From Vicinamibacteria bacterium (GTDB taxonomy: Bacteria; Acidobacteriota; Vicinamibacteria; Marinacidobacterales; Marinacidobacteraceae): 64,000 nucleotides of DNA. A program made the position numbers and the translations under genes. Each line of letters opens with the position of its first letter. Position 1 is the stretch's first letter. This document shows, piece after piece, positions 9,340 to 18,511 of this stretch. The notes under the pieces were generated by a model. The model made no database searches, was not told the DNA's origin, and saw only the letters and a program-made list of their open reading frames with translations. Location of the stretch: NCBI GenBank assembly GCA_963422395.1, contig OY729431.1, positions 576,001-640,000 on the forward strand, in the 5' to 3' direction.

Positions 9340-11526
9340 TCAGCCCGGCGACCAGTACCAGGTGGCCTTTACCAGGAGTTCGCGGCGGTCCGGCTCCGCA
9401 GCGTCCGCGAACAACGAGCGGCGTTCGGTGTACACCAGGTAGAGGTCGCTCCCCGGCGCGTAGGTCCAGCGCAGCTGGATGTTTCCCGAGAAGTTGTCGT
9501 CCTCGGCGTCGCGGTTCCATTGCAGCAGGCCGCGGATATAGGCGTCCGGCGAGAGTGCGGCGAACCCGCGGAGGATCAACAGATTCGTGTCGAAGGCGCC
9601 GCCGGGCTGCGGCAGCCGGATTTCACTCCGCGAGTAGTTCCAGCGAAAACGCACGCGGGGATGCGGCCGGAAAGCGATCCCGGGGGAGAACACGCGGAGC
9701 GTGCCGCCGAAGAAGCCACTCGTCATCGTGAACAGATTTCCCGAGAGCCTCCGGCTCTCCGAGGACTCGAACATGCCGACCAGCTGCCGGGTCACATATT
9801 CGCCGGCTTCGATCACCACTCCCTCGCGGAGCGAGAACGACTCCGAGAGCCCCTCGACGGACCGACCGACATTGAAGAACGCACTGCTGCCGTTGTCGAA
9901 CAGGAGGTATGGGCCGATCGCGACATTCTGCGTCTGCACCGTGCCGTCGGTTTCGCTGATCCGGAGGAAGTCGGGGCCGAAAAAGATCTGGCGGATGCCG
10001 AATCGGCCCGGCCGCGGGTTCCACAGCCCGTTCACCTTGATCTTGCGGATTCCGGTGCGCGGCACGAAACCCAGTTGCGACTCGAACCCCTCTCCGATGT
10101 CGGTGTAATCGGCGCTGAGCAGCCAGCGGTCGTTCGTCGCTTCGGCGTGGAGGCCGAAGGCGGACTCGCGCCCTTCGGCGCCTTCGGTCGCGCTTTTCGC
10201 GGCGAAGCCGTTCACGCGGGCGGCCCCGGCGGGCGCCCAGGAGAAATCGGCGGCGGCGAGCCGGTGGGATCCGACTCCGGTTTCGCTGCGGTCGAGGGCC
10301 AGCACTCCGATCGAGCTTCGCGCCAGCACATCGCGCCGCAGCCGCAGCGCGGAAAAACCGGTGGCTCCGGTTTCGCCGGCAAGCTCTTCCTGCCGGATGT
10401 GGAAGGCGCCGACATCGGTTGCCCCCAGTTTGCCGGTGAGGCGGGCGCCGCCGAGGATCGGCACGATCTCGCCGTCGTCGGAGAGGCCGATGCGGCGGCT
10501 GAAGAACAGGAGCATCTGCGGGGGCTCGAAGGGAAGGCTGGTTTCCCCGACCTGGAAGAGCCCGGCGTTCTCGAGGAAGAAATCGCGCTGTTCAGGGAAG
10601 AAGAGCTCGAAACGGGTCAGGTTGACCTGCTGCTCGTCCGCCTCGACCTGCGCGAAATCGGTGTTCACCGTGACATCGAGATTCAGATTCGAACCGAGCG
10701 CGACCTTGGCGTCCAGCCCGCCGTCCAGGGTCCCTTCGCGCTCGCCGCCGCTGCTGCGGATTCCCGATACCCCGAACGGCTTCAGCTTCAGCCGGCCGCC
10801 GGGTTCGGCGTGTTCGAGCCCGGTGAGCAGGCCGTAGGCGGAGATCCGCCACATCGCGTTGAATCCCCAGTCGTTGGAAATCGGCGCCCAGAAGGTCTGC
10901 TCGCGGGTGCGCGCGACCTGCCGGCCGAAGTTGACGCCGAACTCGGCGGCACCCGCGGGGAAACGGAGAGTTTCGAAGGGGATCACGATTTCGGTGCTCC
11001 ATCCGCTCTCGGTGCGCCGCGATCCGACCTGCCACACGCCGTCCCATTCGGTGTTCAGATCGGCCCCCTCGTTTTGCACCAGTCCGTCCTTGCGGGTGCC
11101 GGCGGCGTTCGTGGTGAAGAAGAAAGCGTTCCGGTGGTCGTGGTAGGTATCCAGGACGACCGTGAAGTTGTCGTCGGAGTCGAGGTTCGCGTCGCGGCGA
11201 TATTCCCTCGCCACCACCCGGTCGGGGTGGGAGTCTTCGAGACGGGCGCCGATCACCAGCGCGTCCCGGGTGTAGAAGACGAACACTTCGGTGGGGAGGG
11301 TCGCCGCCGCTCCTTCGCGCGGTTCGGCCTGGATGAAGTCCCGGGCAACGCCGGCGCGGGTCCACAGCGGCTCTTCGAGGCGGCCGTCGACCAGCGGAAG
11401 CACTTCGAGGAGAGGGGCGGCGAGAGAACGCGGGTGCGCCGGCGCGGCAGCGGGAGACGCCCCCGCAAGACCCGCCGGGGCAGCGAGCAGCCAGGCGAGT
11501 GCGGTGCGGCGGGCTCGCGGGCTCAC
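9340..11526 (-). CDS. DUF5916 / CBM9-like outer-membrane protein
   Basis: VDGRLEEPLW, GWSTEIVIPFETLRF, NTDFAQVEAD, FFPEQRDFFLE; aromatic C-terminal beta strand; GTGA coupling with ccmB. Confidence 0.85.
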   Translation of the reverse strand: MSPRARRTALAWLLAAPAGLAGASPAAAPAHPRSLAAPLLEVLPLVDGRLEEPLWTRAGVARDFIQAEPREGAAATLPTEVFVFYTRDALVIGARLEDSHPDRVVAREYRRDANLDSDDNFTVVLDTYHDHRNAFFFTTNAAGTRKDGLVQNEGADLNTEWDGVWQVGSRRTESGWSTEIVIPFETLRFPAGAAEFGVNFGRQVARTREQTFWAPISNDWGFNAMWRISAYGLLTGLEHAEPGGRLKLKPFGVSGIRSSGGEREGTLDGGLDAKVALGSNLNLDVTVNTDFAQVEADEQQVNLTRFELFFPEQRDFFLENAGLFQVGETSLPFEPPQMLLFFSRRIGLSDDGEIVPILGGARLTGKLGATDVGAFHIRQEELAGETGATGFSALRLRRDVLARSSIGVLALDRSETGVGSHRLAAADFSWAPAGAARVNGFAAKSATEGAEGRESAFGLHAEATNDRWLLSADYTDIGEGFESQLGFVPRTGIRKIKVNGLWNPRPGRFGIRQIFFGPDFLRISETDGTVQTQNVAIGPYLLFDNGSSAFFNVGRSVEGLSESFSLREGVVIEAGEYVTRQLVGMFESSESRRLSGNLFTMTSGFFGGTLRVFSPGIAFRPHPRVRFRWNYSRSEIRLPQPGGAFDTNLLILRGFAALSPDAYIRGLLQWNRDAEDDNFSGNIQLRWTYAPGSDLYLVYTERRSLFADAAEPDRRELLVKATWYWSPG

Positions 11527-12200
11527 TCCTCGAGGACGAATTCGAAAACCATCCATGACGCAGCGAAGAATGCGGCAGCGGCGAGTGCCAGGAACGCCAC
11601 CGCGTCCCCGACCGGCTCGCCCGCCATCGCCGAACCGAGACCGGAGACGCCGGCGATGAGCAGCGGCGCCGCCAGTGGAAACAGCAGGATCGGCAGCAGC
11701 ACTTCGCGCATCGTGGTGGAGACGCAGATCGCCGCCACCGCGACCCCGAGAGACATGAAGCCGAGCGAGCCGCAAAAGAAGATCGCGCCGAGCGCGAGTA
11801 CCCCCTCTACGCCTCGGCCCCCCGCCAGGTTCGCCGCGAAGAGCAGTTCGTAGAGCAGCGCCACCGGGATCTGTACGACGAACAGGAGGAGAGTTCCCGA
11901 AGCCAGCTTGCCGAAATAGATCGCGGCGCGGTCCGCGGGACCCATCATCAGCCCGTGGAGCGCCATCGCCTCGGTCTCCGGGGCGAAGCTGCGGTAGAGC
12001 CCGAGCGTTCCCGCGAGCAGGAACGCGGTTTCGAGAACGCCCGGAGCGAGCGCCGGGTCGCTGTCGAGCCCGAGAGCCAGATGCATCACCAGCAGGATGA
12101 GTGCGGAGAACAGGAACATCGCCGGAAGCCGCTCCCGCGAACGCAACTCGCCGAGCAGGTCCTTGCCGGCGACGGCGAGGGCCGCGTCGAGGACCTTCAC
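11523..12200 (-). CDS. ccmB: Heme exporter permease CcmB
   Basis: KDL..ELRSRE, IYFGK and REVLLPILLFPL motifs. Confidence 0.92.
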   Translation of the reverse strand: MKVLDAALAVAGKDLLGELRSRERLPAMFLFSALILLVMHLALGLDSDPALAPGVLETAFLLAGTLGLYRSFAPETEAMALHGLMMGPADRAAIYFGKLASGTLLLFVVQIPVALLYELLFAANLAGGRGVEGVLALGAIFFCGSLGFMSLGVAVAAICVSTTMREVLLPILLFPLAAPLLIAGVSGLGSAMAGEPVGDAVAFLALAAAAFFAASWMVFEFVLEE

Positions 12201-12922
12201 GAAACGCCGTTCCGCGCCTCCCGGAAACCACCCGATACCGCCGCGGCGTACGCCGCCGCGATTTCCGCCCGGTTCGCTCCCGGATCGTCGGCCGCCACCC
12301 TGCCGCCCGACAGGACCACCGCCCGGTCGCACACGGCGAGGCCGCGTTCGAGGTCGTGGGTGGCGACCAGCACCGCGGCGCCGCGCTCCCGCGCTTCGGC
12401 GAGGAGCCGGAGGAGCCGGTCGCGGGCCCCGCCGTCGAGCCCGGCGAACGGCTCGTCGAGCAGCAGCAGGCTGGGCTGATGGAGGAGCGCCCGCGCGAGC
12501 GAAACGCGCTGCGCGGTGCCGCGGGAGAGGAGGCGGGCCGGGGCGTTCGCTACCCGGAGCAGTCGGTGCCGGTGGAGCAGCTCGTCGAGATCGACTTCGG
12601 CTCGGTGGAGCCGGCGGTGGAAGCTGAGGTTTTCCCGGACGGTGAGTTCGGGATAGAGGAGCGACTCGTGCGAGGCGTAGCCGATCCGGCCGCGGACTTC
12701 GGGGAGCGCTTCGGCTGCCCGAACGCCGCGGTAGAAGAGCGCGCCCGCCGAGGGCCGCAGGAGGGTGGCCGCCATCCGGAGGAAAGTCGTTTTTCCGGCG
12801 CCGTTCTCGCCGAGCAGGCAGACCCCTTCGCCGGCGCCGAGCGAGAGGCTGACTTCGTGGACCACGGGCGTGTCCCGGACCCGGCGAGAGAGCCGTTCGG
12901 CTCGAAAGATCTCTCGAGCCAC
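12197..12922 (-). CDS. ccmA: Heme ABC exporter ATP-binding protein CcmA
   Basis: Walker A GENGAGKTT, LSRG signature, LLLLDEPF; directly upstream of ccmB. Confidence 0.92.
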   Translation of the reverse strand: MAREIFRAERLSRRVRDTPVVHEVSLSLGAGEGVCLLGENGAGKTTFLRMAATLLRPSAGALFYRGVRAAEALPEVRGRIGYASHESLLYPELTVRENLSFHRRLHRAEVDLDELLHRHRLLRVANAPARLLSRGTAQRVSLARALLHQPSLLLLDEPFAGLDGGARDRLLRLLAEARERGAAVLVATHDLERGLAVCDRAVVLSGGRVAADDPGANRAEIAAAYAAAVSGGFREARNGVS

Positions 12923-12930
12923 GGCCCCGG

Positions 12931-14094
12931 TCAGCGGGCCGGCCCGGGACGCGGCGAGCTGCCGCCGCCCAACCCGCGGTGGAGCAGGCCGAACCCCAGC
13001 GCGGCCGCCATCAGCAGGGCGATCGCCCACTTCGAGGCGCGGCCACGATCGGGAAGCAGGCCGATGGTTCCGACCGCGGAGCCGCCGCCTTCGGGTTCGG
13101 CGGCGAGCGGCGGGAGCGGCCGACCCGAGGGCTGCCCCGGGGCCTCGGTCGGAGCGGGCAGCGATCCGCCGCTGAAGACCAATCCGAAGGCCTCGCCCGC
13201 CGCCACCTCGAACTTCCGCGCTCCGGTGATACCGGCGGCTTCGTCGGGGCCGAGGAGCTCCCAGCCGGGAGGCGCGCCGGGGGGGATCTCGATCCGGACA
13301 TCCGCGGGGGAAGCGAAGAGCAGCACTTCGGGGCTGGCGCGCGGGGCGACGAGCGCCGCCTCGTACCGCTCTCCCTGGTAGCGGACCTGGTAGGAGAGCA
13401 CGACTTCGGTCGTGCCGGGCTTGAAGGCGGTGCGGATCGCGTAGTCGCCATCGTCTCCCACCGGGAAACTGCTCTGCGGCACCGGCATCCCGGTCTGCCC
13501 GGTGGCGTTCACCATCGGCACCTCGAGGAGCAGGGCCGCCGGCGGCAGCCGGAAACGGAGGGTCTCGCTGTCGCTCGTGAAGGTGCGGGGCGGATCGGTG
13601 CGGTTTTCGACGATGAAGATGTGATCCACCCGGAGCGCGTCCGCCGGGCCGGGCAGGCGGCGGTAGAGCGCCCGCCAGGTGGTCAGGCCGATCTCCGGCT
13701 CCTCCCAGGTGCCGAACGGTTCGTACACCGTCAACACCGTCGGGGCGGCCTCGCCGCTCCCGTCGGGTTCGAGCCGCAGCGGCTGGTTGTAGTTGACGCC
13801 GCGATAGGTGGCCTGCAGGAGGAAGGGTCGGGCATCTCCGGGGGGCGCTTCGAGAACCTCTTCGGGGCCGGCATCCGGAAGCGAAGCGACCGGTTCCATT
13901 CCCTCGCCGAGCCGGTAGAGGGTCAGCAGCTCGGCCGATCCCGGTCCTCCGGAAGTCCCGTTCACCAGGCGCACCCGCACCGGGCCTGCCTGAGCCGTGA
14001 ACGGCAGGGTAGTGAGCAGCGGCAGGGTAGTGAGCAGCGTCAGGGTGATCCGCCGCCGGGCGAGGAGGGGTGCCGTGAGTCCGGGGGGGCGCAT
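12931..14094 (-). CDS. Periplasmic, C-terminally membrane-anchored protein within the ccm operon
   Basis: Signal peptide, beta-rich domain, C-terminal TM helix; TGATG-coupled to the upstream gene. Confidence 0.7.
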   Translation of the reverse strand: MRPPGLTAPLLARRRITLTLLTTLPLLTTLPFTAQAGPVRVRLVNGTSGGPGSAELLTLYRLGEGMEPVASLPDAGPEEVLEAPPGDARPFLLQATYRGVNYNQPLRLEPDGSGEAAPTVLTVYEPFGTWEEPEIGLTTWRALYRRLPGPADALRVDHIFIVENRTDPPRTFTSDSETLRFRLPPAALLLEVPMVNATGQTGMPVPQSSFPVGDDGDYAIRTAFKPGTTEVVLSYQVRYQGERYEAALVAPRASPEVLLFASPADVRIEIPPGAPPGWELLGPDEAAGITGARKFEVAAGEAFGLVFSGGSLPAPTEAPGQPSGRPLPPLAAEPEGGGSAVGTIGLLPDRGRASKWAIALLMAAALGFGLLHRGLGGGSSPRPGPAR

Positions 14095-14396
14095 CACCCG
14101 GACTTCTCCCCGCCGGGTCCGGTCCCGTCCCGCGCCTCGAGCTGGCGGGTCACCGAGGCCGCTTCGACGAGTAGCTGCCGGCGGCTCGTTCGGTGTTCTC
14201 CCTCGGCGATCTTGCCCGCGTCCCGTTCGAAATCGAGTTCGGCGAGCGCGGCGAGGAGCTGGTCGCGCTTCTCCATGAGCCGCAGCGCGGTGCGGTCCGA
14301 TCCGGTCGGCCCTCCGGATTCTGTTCTGCCGAACACCGGCTGCAGCACGAATGCGGTGGCGGCGGCGGCGATTCCCGCGAGCAGGAACACGATCAC
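14094..14396 (-). CDS. Short CcmI-N-terminal-like membrane protein
   Basis: N-terminal TM, then LAALAELDFERDAGKI resembling the CcmI cytoplasmic loop; follows ccmH. Confidence 0.6.
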   Translation of the reverse strand: MIVFLLAGIAAAATAFVLQPVFGRTESGGPTGSDRTALRLMEKRDQLLAALAELDFERDAGKIAEGEHRTSRRQLLVEAASVTRQLEARDGTGPGGEKSG

Positions 14397-14422
14397 GGCG
14401 GACTACCCGGGAGAGTCCCGGT

Positions 14423-14887
14423 TCAACGGATCTCGGAGACTTCCCGCTCGATCCGCGCAATCAGCTCGGGCGGGAGGTCGGTCTCGGCGATCTCCGCGGC
14501 GGGCGTCCGCCGCCAGCGGCGCAGCAGGAAGACCGCGAGGAGCGCCCCGCCGGCCAGAAAGACGAACGGCAAGACCCATGCCGAGAGGTGGAATCCGGTC
14601 GCCGGCGGCGCTGCCAGGATGGCCAGCCCATAGCGGTCCCGGAACATCTCGATGACCGAGGCGGGGGTGTCGCCGGCCTGGAGCCGCTCGGCGATCTCCT
14701 CCCGGATCGGGTTCGAGGAGGGGCAGCGGTCCATGGCGCATTCGAGCACCAGGGCGGTGCAGCCTCCGCACTGGCAGACGAGGGCGCGGCCGACGGCGCG
14801 GTAGTCCCCGGTGTTGTAACGGTCCTGGACGAATGCGGGGCCGGAGAGGAGGAGGGAAACCGCGGCGGCGGCGAACGAAAGGCGCAT
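14423..14887 (-). CDS. ccmH: Cytochrome c biogenesis protein CcmH
   Basis: LVCQCGGC...C; RYG.AILAAPP..GF...AWVLP. Confidence 0.88.
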   Translation of the reverse strand: MRLSFAAAAVSLLLSGPAFVQDRYNTGDYRAVGRALVCQCGGCTALVLECAMDRCPSSNPIREEIAERLQAGDTPASVIEMFRDRYGLAILAAPPATGFHLSAWVLPFVFLAGGALLAVFLLRRWRRTPAAEIAETDLPPELIARIEREVSEIR

Positions 14888-14889
14888 TT

Positions 14890-16923
14890 TCAGACAGCCT
14901 CCAGCGGGGCCGAGCGGGGCGGTGGAGCGGTCCTCGCCGAGCGGTCCGCGGAACGGGCCTCGATCCGCCCCGGGAGCAGGATGAGCAGCGTGCCGAGGAA
15001 CATGACCAGCCCGCCGATCCAGACCCAGCGGACCAAGGGGTTCCGGTACACATGGACGGTCGCCCGGCCGTCTTCGGTCATCCCGGAAAACACCAGATAG
15101 ATGTCTTCCTGGAAAGTGGCGTGACGCCGCACTTCCGAAGTCCATTGTCCGGTGGCGCGGTCCCACTGCCTTCGGGGCTGGAAGATGCCGATGGGTTCGT
15201 CGTTTTTCGCGAGTAGAAGCTGGGCGCCGAGCCAGTCGTGCACCGGGGTCGAACCGTCTCGCAGGTCCTGGAGGACGACCGAATAGGGGCCGATGCGGGT
15301 CTCTTCGCCCGGGTTCAGATCGGCGATCACATCCCGGTTGAAGGCGTTTCCGGCGAAGCCGATGAAGAGCAGCACGATGCCGAGGTGGACCACATAGCCG
15401 CCGTAGCGCCGGGTATTCCGCATCACCAGATCGAAGAGCGCTGCGCCGTAGCCGCTGCCCCGGTGCGCCCTCCGGGCGCGCACTCCCCGGTGGAACTCGC
15501 TCGCGATGGTGACGACCACGAAGGCGCCCATCGCGAAGCAGACCAGCGCGTAGGGGTGGCGCATCCCGAACAGGAAGAGGAGCCCGCCGGTCGAAAGTCC
15601 AGCCGCCGTCGGGATCACGAAGTTGCGGCGCAGGCTGTCGAGGGAGGAGCGACGCCAGGCGAGCAGCGGCCCGACCCCGGTCATCAGCAGGAGCGCGAGG
15701 CCCAGGGGGACATTCACCCGGTTGAAGAAGGGCGCGCCCACCGTGATCTGCTCGCCCTGCACCGCCTCCGAGAGCACCGGGAACAGCGTTCCCCAGAGCA
15801 CCGCGAAGCAGACGGCGAGCAGCAGCAGGTTGTTGAACAGGAAACCGGACTCGCGGGAGACCACCGATTCGAGTTCGTTCTCGGAGCGGAGATCCCGGAC
15901 TCGGGTGATGAGGAGCGCTGCGGAGAGGATGGCGGCGGCGACGAGGAAGAGCAGGAAGCGCCAGGCGAACTCCGACGAGGCGAAGGCGTGCACCGAGGAG
16001 ACGATCCCGCTCCGGGTGAGGAAGGTGCCGAAGACGCAGAGCAGGTAGGTCGCCATCACCAGCCCGGCGTTCCAGATCTTCAGCATCCCCTTGCGTTCCT
16101 GGATCATCACCGAGTGCAGGAAGGCGGTTCCGGTCAGCCAGGGCATGAGCGCGGCGTTCTCCACCGGGTCCCAGCCCCAGTAGCCGCCCCAGCCGAGCTC
16201 CACATACGCCCAGCGGCCGCCGAGCAGGATTCCGGTGCCGAGGAAGAACCAGGCGACGAGCGTCCAGCGGCGGGTGTTCGAGATCCAGGCGGCGTCGAGC
16301 CGCCGGGTCCAGAGCGCCGCCACGCAGAACGCGAACGGGATCACGAACCCCACATACCCCGTGTAGAGGATCGGCGGGTGGATCGCCATGATGGGGTGCT
16401 GGAGCAGCGGGTTCAGCCCGTTCCCCTCCGGGGGCGCGAAGGGCACGGGGCCGGCGGCGGTGATCTCGGCGAGTTGCCCGAACGGGTTGCACACCCAGTA
16501 GTTCATGTAGGCGAAGAAGAGGACGACTCCGCAGAGGGTGGTGATCACCTGCGGGATGAGCTCGTCACTCCGGCGCAGGATCACCACCGCTGCCGAGAAG
16601 ACGAGCATGAGGAAGGTCCAGAAGAGGAGGGACCCGTCGTTTCCGGCCCAGAGCGCGGAGATCTTGTAGGGCAGCGGCAGCGTGGAGGCCGAGTAGCTCG
16701 CCACATACTGGAAACGGAAGTCGTCGGCGAGGAAGAGCGAGAGCAGCGCCGCGACGGAAAGGGTGGAGAAGCCGGCGGCGGCGATCAGCGCCCGGCGAGC
16801 GCTCGTGACCAGCGCGGTCGCTCCCGTGCGGGCGAGCTGGCGCGCACCGAGCAGCGAGGCGGCGACCCCGTAGGCGCAGAGGACCACCACCGCCATGAGC
16901 GAGAAGTTGCCGAGGTGGTGCAT
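14890..16923 (-). CDS. ccmF: Heme lyase CcmF
   Basis: GLNPLLQ, IHPP, WAYVELGWGGYWGWDPVENA and SVHAF motifs. Confidence 0.97.
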   Translation of the reverse strand: MHHLGNFSLMAVVVLCAYGVAASLLGARQLARTGATALVTSARRALIAAAGFSTLSVAALLSLFLADDFRFQYVASYSASTLPLPYKISALWAGNDGSLLFWTFLMLVFSAAVVILRRSDELIPQVITTLCGVVLFFAYMNYWVCNPFGQLAEITAAGPVPFAPPEGNGLNPLLQHPIMAIHPPILYTGYVGFVIPFAFCVAALWTRRLDAAWISNTRRWTLVAWFFLGTGILLGGRWAYVELGWGGYWGWDPVENAALMPWLTGTAFLHSVMIQERKGMLKIWNAGLVMATYLLCVFGTFLTRSGIVSSVHAFASSEFAWRFLLFLVAAAILSAALLITRVRDLRSENELESVVSRESGFLFNNLLLLAVCFAVLWGTLFPVLSEAVQGEQITVGAPFFNRVNVPLGLALLLMTGVGPLLAWRRSSLDSLRRNFVIPTAAGLSTGGLLFLFGMRHPYALVCFAMGAFVVVTIASEFHRGVRARRAHRGSGYGAALFDLVMRNTRRYGGYVVHLGIVLLFIGFAGNAFNRDVIADLNPGEETRIGPYSVVLQDLRDGSTPVHDWLGAQLLLAKNDEPIGIFQPRRQWDRATGQWTSEVRRHATFQEDIYLVFSGMTEDGRATVHVYRNPLVRWVWIGGLVMFLGTLLILLPGRIEARSADRSARTAPPPRSAPLEAV

Positions 16924-16935
16924 TTCGGAGTGGGG

Positions 16936-17880
16936 TCAGCAGCGAAGCGTGGAGCTCGTCGGCTCCCGCCCGGGAGGGTCTCCCGGGGTTGCCGCGGATG
17001 AGGGATGGGGGGATTCGATCACTGGCTGAAGTGCTTCGCGAGCTGTGGCCCGTTCGTATTCCACCAGGCTCTCGCGCACGCATTCGGCGAACATCGCCAG
17101 GAAAGGCGTCAGGTCGCCGGTCTGGGATTCCTCGGGGGCGTCGTAGTAGCGGTGCCGCTCCTCTCGCGGCACGATGGCGATCGGAAATCGGTACCGCATC
17201 AGGAGCAGGTTCGCGAGGAGACGTACGACCCGTCCGTTCCCGTCCGTGAACGGGTGGATCGTGACCAGCCAGGTATGCGCGGCCGCGGCCGCGAGCAGGC
17301 CCTCGGTGGTGGCGAGCGTGGTTTCCGTCGGGACACTCACCGCTTCGAGCCATTCTGAAAAGACGTCCATCTCTTCTGCCAGCTTTTCCGGTCCGGGAGG
17401 TGAGAAGGCGGATCCGCCGATCGCCACCGGCACCGTCCGGTACGCCCCGGCATGTTCTTCGATGTTCTTCAGTACCAGCGCGTGGACCTGCCGCAGGTCG
17501 TGCGCGGTGAGGGGCGCCGCGCCGGACGCCAACTCTTCGAGGTAGTCGAGTGCTCCCGAGAGATTCCGTGCTTCCGCCTGGTCTTCGAGCGGCTTGCGGA
17601 TGAGCGTGAGCCCCTGTTCGACGACCTGGCGAGTCTCGTCGAGGTCGAGCCGGTTCCCTTCGATCGCGTTCGAGTGGTAGATGTTTTCGATCCGGAAGTG
17701 CTTCCGGAGCCGATGCAGCACTGCGGGGGTGAGCTTCCCGCTCTCCCGCATCGCAGACACCTGCTGTGAGAGCTCCTGGCAGTCGGCGTGGACCGATCGG
17801 TGGCAGGAGTACGGAGTCTCGGCGATCTCGATCCAGGGGTGAGGCGCCGCGGAGACGGCGGCGGCGCTGCTGCTGGTCAT
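16936..17880 (-). CDS. Fic family protein (class II, with N-terminal inhibitory helix)
   Basis: HPFTDGNGRVVR Fic motif; SNAIEGN inhibitory motif. Confidence 0.93.
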   Translation of the reverse strand: MTSSSAAAVSAAPHPWIEIAETPYSCHRSVHADCQELSQQVSAMRESGKLTPAVLHRLRKHFRIENIYHSNAIEGNRLDLDETRQVVEQGLTLIRKPLEDQAEARNLSGALDYLEELASGAAPLTAHDLRQVHALVLKNIEEHAGAYRTVPVAIGGSAFSPPGPEKLAEEMDVFSEWLEAVSVPTETTLATTEGLLAAAAAHTWLVTIHPFTDGNGRVVRLLANLLLMRYRFPIAIVPREERHRYYDAPEESQTGDLTPFLAMFAECVRESLVEYERATAREALQPVIESPHPSSAATPGDPPGREPTSSTLRC

Positions 17881-17972
17881 CGTTTTCGGCTCGTACGGGA
17901 CTTCCGGCTCCTACCGGGTTTTCGGCCCGTGCCGGGTGGTCGGCTCAATCCGGACCGACTCCCCGAAGGCGG

Positions 17973-18443
17973 TCAGGAACCGTCGGTAGCCCGCCGGCCC
18001 ACTGGTTGCTCTTTCGGTCCGCTCGGCTGCCCGGGTTTCGCCTCTTCGTAGGCAGCGTCGTACTTGGAGGCGCACTTCGCCTGCACCTGGCTGGCCTCGA
18101 AAGAGCCGTCCCCGAGCAGTTCGCCTTCGGCCACCGCCTGCGCCCGGTCCACCAAGGTGTCGGGGAGCGGCTCCCGGCCGGTGTAGAGAACGGCCAGGCG
18201 GGTGCCTTCGTGCTCGATCTCGAATCGAACGCGGCCCTCGCCTGCGGAAGCGATCGTCCCGGGAACCACATCGCCGGCGACCCGGATCCGCCGCCCTTCG
18301 GCCTGCGGCCCCATCGCCCGGAGCTCGCCGACCGTCTGGTAGTAGGCCTTCCCTTCCTCGATACCGGTGAGCAGCAGCCCCGTCACCGCCAGCGCGAAGA
18401 TCCCCCCGCCCACGAAGAACTTGACCTTGCGAGCCGCCATCAC
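17973..18443 (-). CDS. ccmE: Heme chaperone CcmE, CxxxY variant
   Basis: N-terminal TM, YY.TV.E, RIRVAG.V.PG, PDT and AKCASKY. Confidence 0.92.
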   Translation of the reverse strand: MMAARKVKFFVGGGIFALAVTGLLLTGIEEGKAYYQTVGELRAMGPQAEGRRIRVAGDVVPGTIASAGEGRVRFEIEHEGTRLAVLYTGREPLPDTLVDRAQAVAEGELLGDGSFEASQVQAKCASKYDAAYEEAKPGQPSGPKEQPVGRRATDGS

Positions 18444-18511
18444 AGTCGAAAATCCTACCATCCCGCACGCTGCCGCGGCGCCCGGGAGGCTGACCCCGTC
18501 CGCGCCGCTCC

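Noticed and set aside
8848-11853. Long antisense or alternate-frame ORFs (also 23405-26734, 44653-47967, 52618-55299 and many others)
   Set aside because: Expected in ~70% GC DNA opposite genuine genes; Arg/Pro/Gly-rich with no motifs
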